The notes under the pieces are model-generated. The model worked only from the letters and a program-made list of their open reading frames with translations. It did no database searches and had not been told where the DNA came from. 64,000 nucleotides of DNA, from IMG/VR virus record IMGVR_UViG_3300045988_062804. One strand, written 5' to 3'. Of this stretch, positions 63,222 to 64,000 are shown in pieces; position 1 is the stretch's first letter; each line of letters starts with the position of its first letter. The DNA is from a virus. The translations under genes were made by a program, and so were the position numbers.

Positions 63222-64000
63222 TTATTCTAGTATTATAGAAGCATTAGTAGTAATGTTATTAACAATTTCCTCTAATGCTGTAAGTTTGTCCATTAATAGT
63301 TTACCCTGCGCTGCTGATAAGCTCATGTTGGCATCTTCTGTGGTCAGATTGTTTGCTATTGTTGAAAGTATTCTCTTTGTGCAGGTGAACTTGAAAGTCT
63401 CCTCCTCACTTTCGTTATACTCCAGATTAGTAATCACCTCCAAGTCTTCGTAGTTATTTAAGTGACACATAGTAGTTACACTTACCCTTTTAACTGAATT
63501 TATGTCAGTCTGGCTAGTTCCAACCTTGTTATACACAGCAACATAATTATCAGTATCATATTCTACCACAGAGGCATAAGATGAGAATAAGGATTCCATA
63601 AATTCAATAGCATCATCTCTTACATCAAAAGGATTCTCCAAGTTTAAGATATCGTTATAAATCACTGATTGAGCTGAGTTTAAATCAGTTCTGATAGAAT
63701 CTACTTCTGACTTGATAGTAGTATCATTGTAATTCTCCAGACTGTCAACTTTATCCTTATATAGATTAGTAAAGTCATTAGTAGAAAGCCCCTTACCTTC
63801 CTCCTTTAACACAAATTTACTAACATCAGGTATTTCAGACTTTAAAGCATAACCACTTAAATCAACACCAGGTATTGCAGCTATTTGTTGTTGTACCCAA
63901 GTTTGTGAAGCTAATCCTTCAATACTAGGAATACTCGGAGTATTGATAAGGTCATTATAATCTTTAGAGAATAATTCTGACTTATCAGCTTTACTATTCA
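63222..64000 (-). CDS. Tail fibre-like protein, 5'-truncated by the window edge
   Basis: The ORF track starts it at GTG 63812. The frame remains open up to nt 64000 (..NSKADKSELFSKDYNDLINTPSIPSIEGLASQTWVQQQIAAIPGVDLSGYALKSEIPDVSKFVLKEEGKGLSTNDFT..). The motifs DYNDLxNxPxIPS and KGLSxNDFT are common in phage tail-fibre shafts. Confidence 0.7.
   Translation of the reverse strand, partial: NSKADKSELFSKDYNDLINTPSIPSIEGLASQTWVQQQIAAIPGVDLSGYALKSEIPDVSKFVLKEEGKGLSTNDFTNLYKDKVDSLENYNDTTIKSEVDSIRTDLNSAQSVIYNDILNLENPFDVRDDAIEFMESLFSSYASVVEYDTDNYVAVYNKVGTSQTDINSVKRVSVTTMCHLNNYEDLEVITNLEYNESEEETFKFTCTKRILSTIANNLTTEDANMSLSAAQGKLLMDKLTALEEIVNNITTNASIILE

Noticed and set aside
1-64000. Stop-codon reassignment (TAG or TGA recoding), introns or inteins, which are known in some crAss-like phages
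   Set aside because: ORFs of 1000-3200 aa are uninterrupted under the standard code on both strands, and TAA, TAG and TGA are all used as terminators at sensible junctions. No split gene or intein-like C..HN[CST] insertion was evident by eye in the RNAP ORF. A cryptic intein cannot be excluded without alignment.
1-64000. tRNA genes, CRISPR arrays, integrase/att sites
   Set aside because: Non-coding DNA is limited to a few stretches under 160 nt (19622-19718, 36000-36056, 45008-45163, 57372-57482). None folds into a cloverleaf or contains spaced repeats, and no recombinase-like ORF is present.

Overview
This window is AT-rich, almost entirely coding, and reads in the standard genetic code. 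I read it as a contiguous ~64 kb piece of a crAss-like (Crassvirales) podophage infecting a Bacteroidota host.

Layout: two convergent gene blocks meet at ~19.6-20.45 kb.

(1) Plus strand, 1-19621. This is a tightly coupled operon of giant virion-packaged/ejected proteins:
- a 5'-truncated protein of >730 aa;
- a 3178-aa protein carrying the crAss-type virion RNA polymerase metal loop (DFDID = DxDxD);
- a 333-aa protein;
- a 549-aa HExxH zincin-like protein;
- a 1539-aa protein with a RecB/Cas4-like PD-(D/E)xK motif set and a C-terminal TM helix;
- a T4 gp1-like dNMP kinase, followed by a very stable terminator.

(2) The junction carries a free-standing homing-endonuclease-like gene (T5orf172/GIY-YIG-like head plus two NUMOD1-like repeats). 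It is bracketed by two intrinsic terminators.

(3) Minus strand, 64000 down to 20447. This is the late structural/lysis block, in transcription order:
- tail-fibre genes, including 1786-aa, 1243-aa, 2579-aa and 1080-aa fibres with exotic C-terminal modules;
- an Amidase_3 endolysin;
- an acidic scaffold-like protein and the major capsid protein;
- capsid-accessory proteins, one with a BACON-like C-terminus;
- connector and IHF-like small proteins;
- two giant tail-barrel proteins (1047 and 1563 aa);
- a Cys-free glycine-zipper protein and a DUF192 protein.

Regulatory signals: three exact Bacteroides-type promoters (TTTG-N19/20-TAnnTTTG) and several intrinsic terminators partition the minus-strand block.

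Most interesting observations:
- Cysteines sit at the extreme N- and C-termini of consecutive proteins of the RNAP operon. In two of these proteins they are the only cysteines.
- Fibre proteins carry LTD plus purple-acid-phosphatase-like modules, and LamG plus CotH-like plus LRR modules, behind a shared N-terminal anchor and poly-Gly hinge.
- Two small promoter-to-terminator cassettes are embedded among the fibre genes.

Limits: all domain calls come from motif recognition by eye. No database search, structure prediction or statistics could be run. No tRNA, rRNA, CRISPR array, reverse transcriptase or stop-codon recoding was seen.
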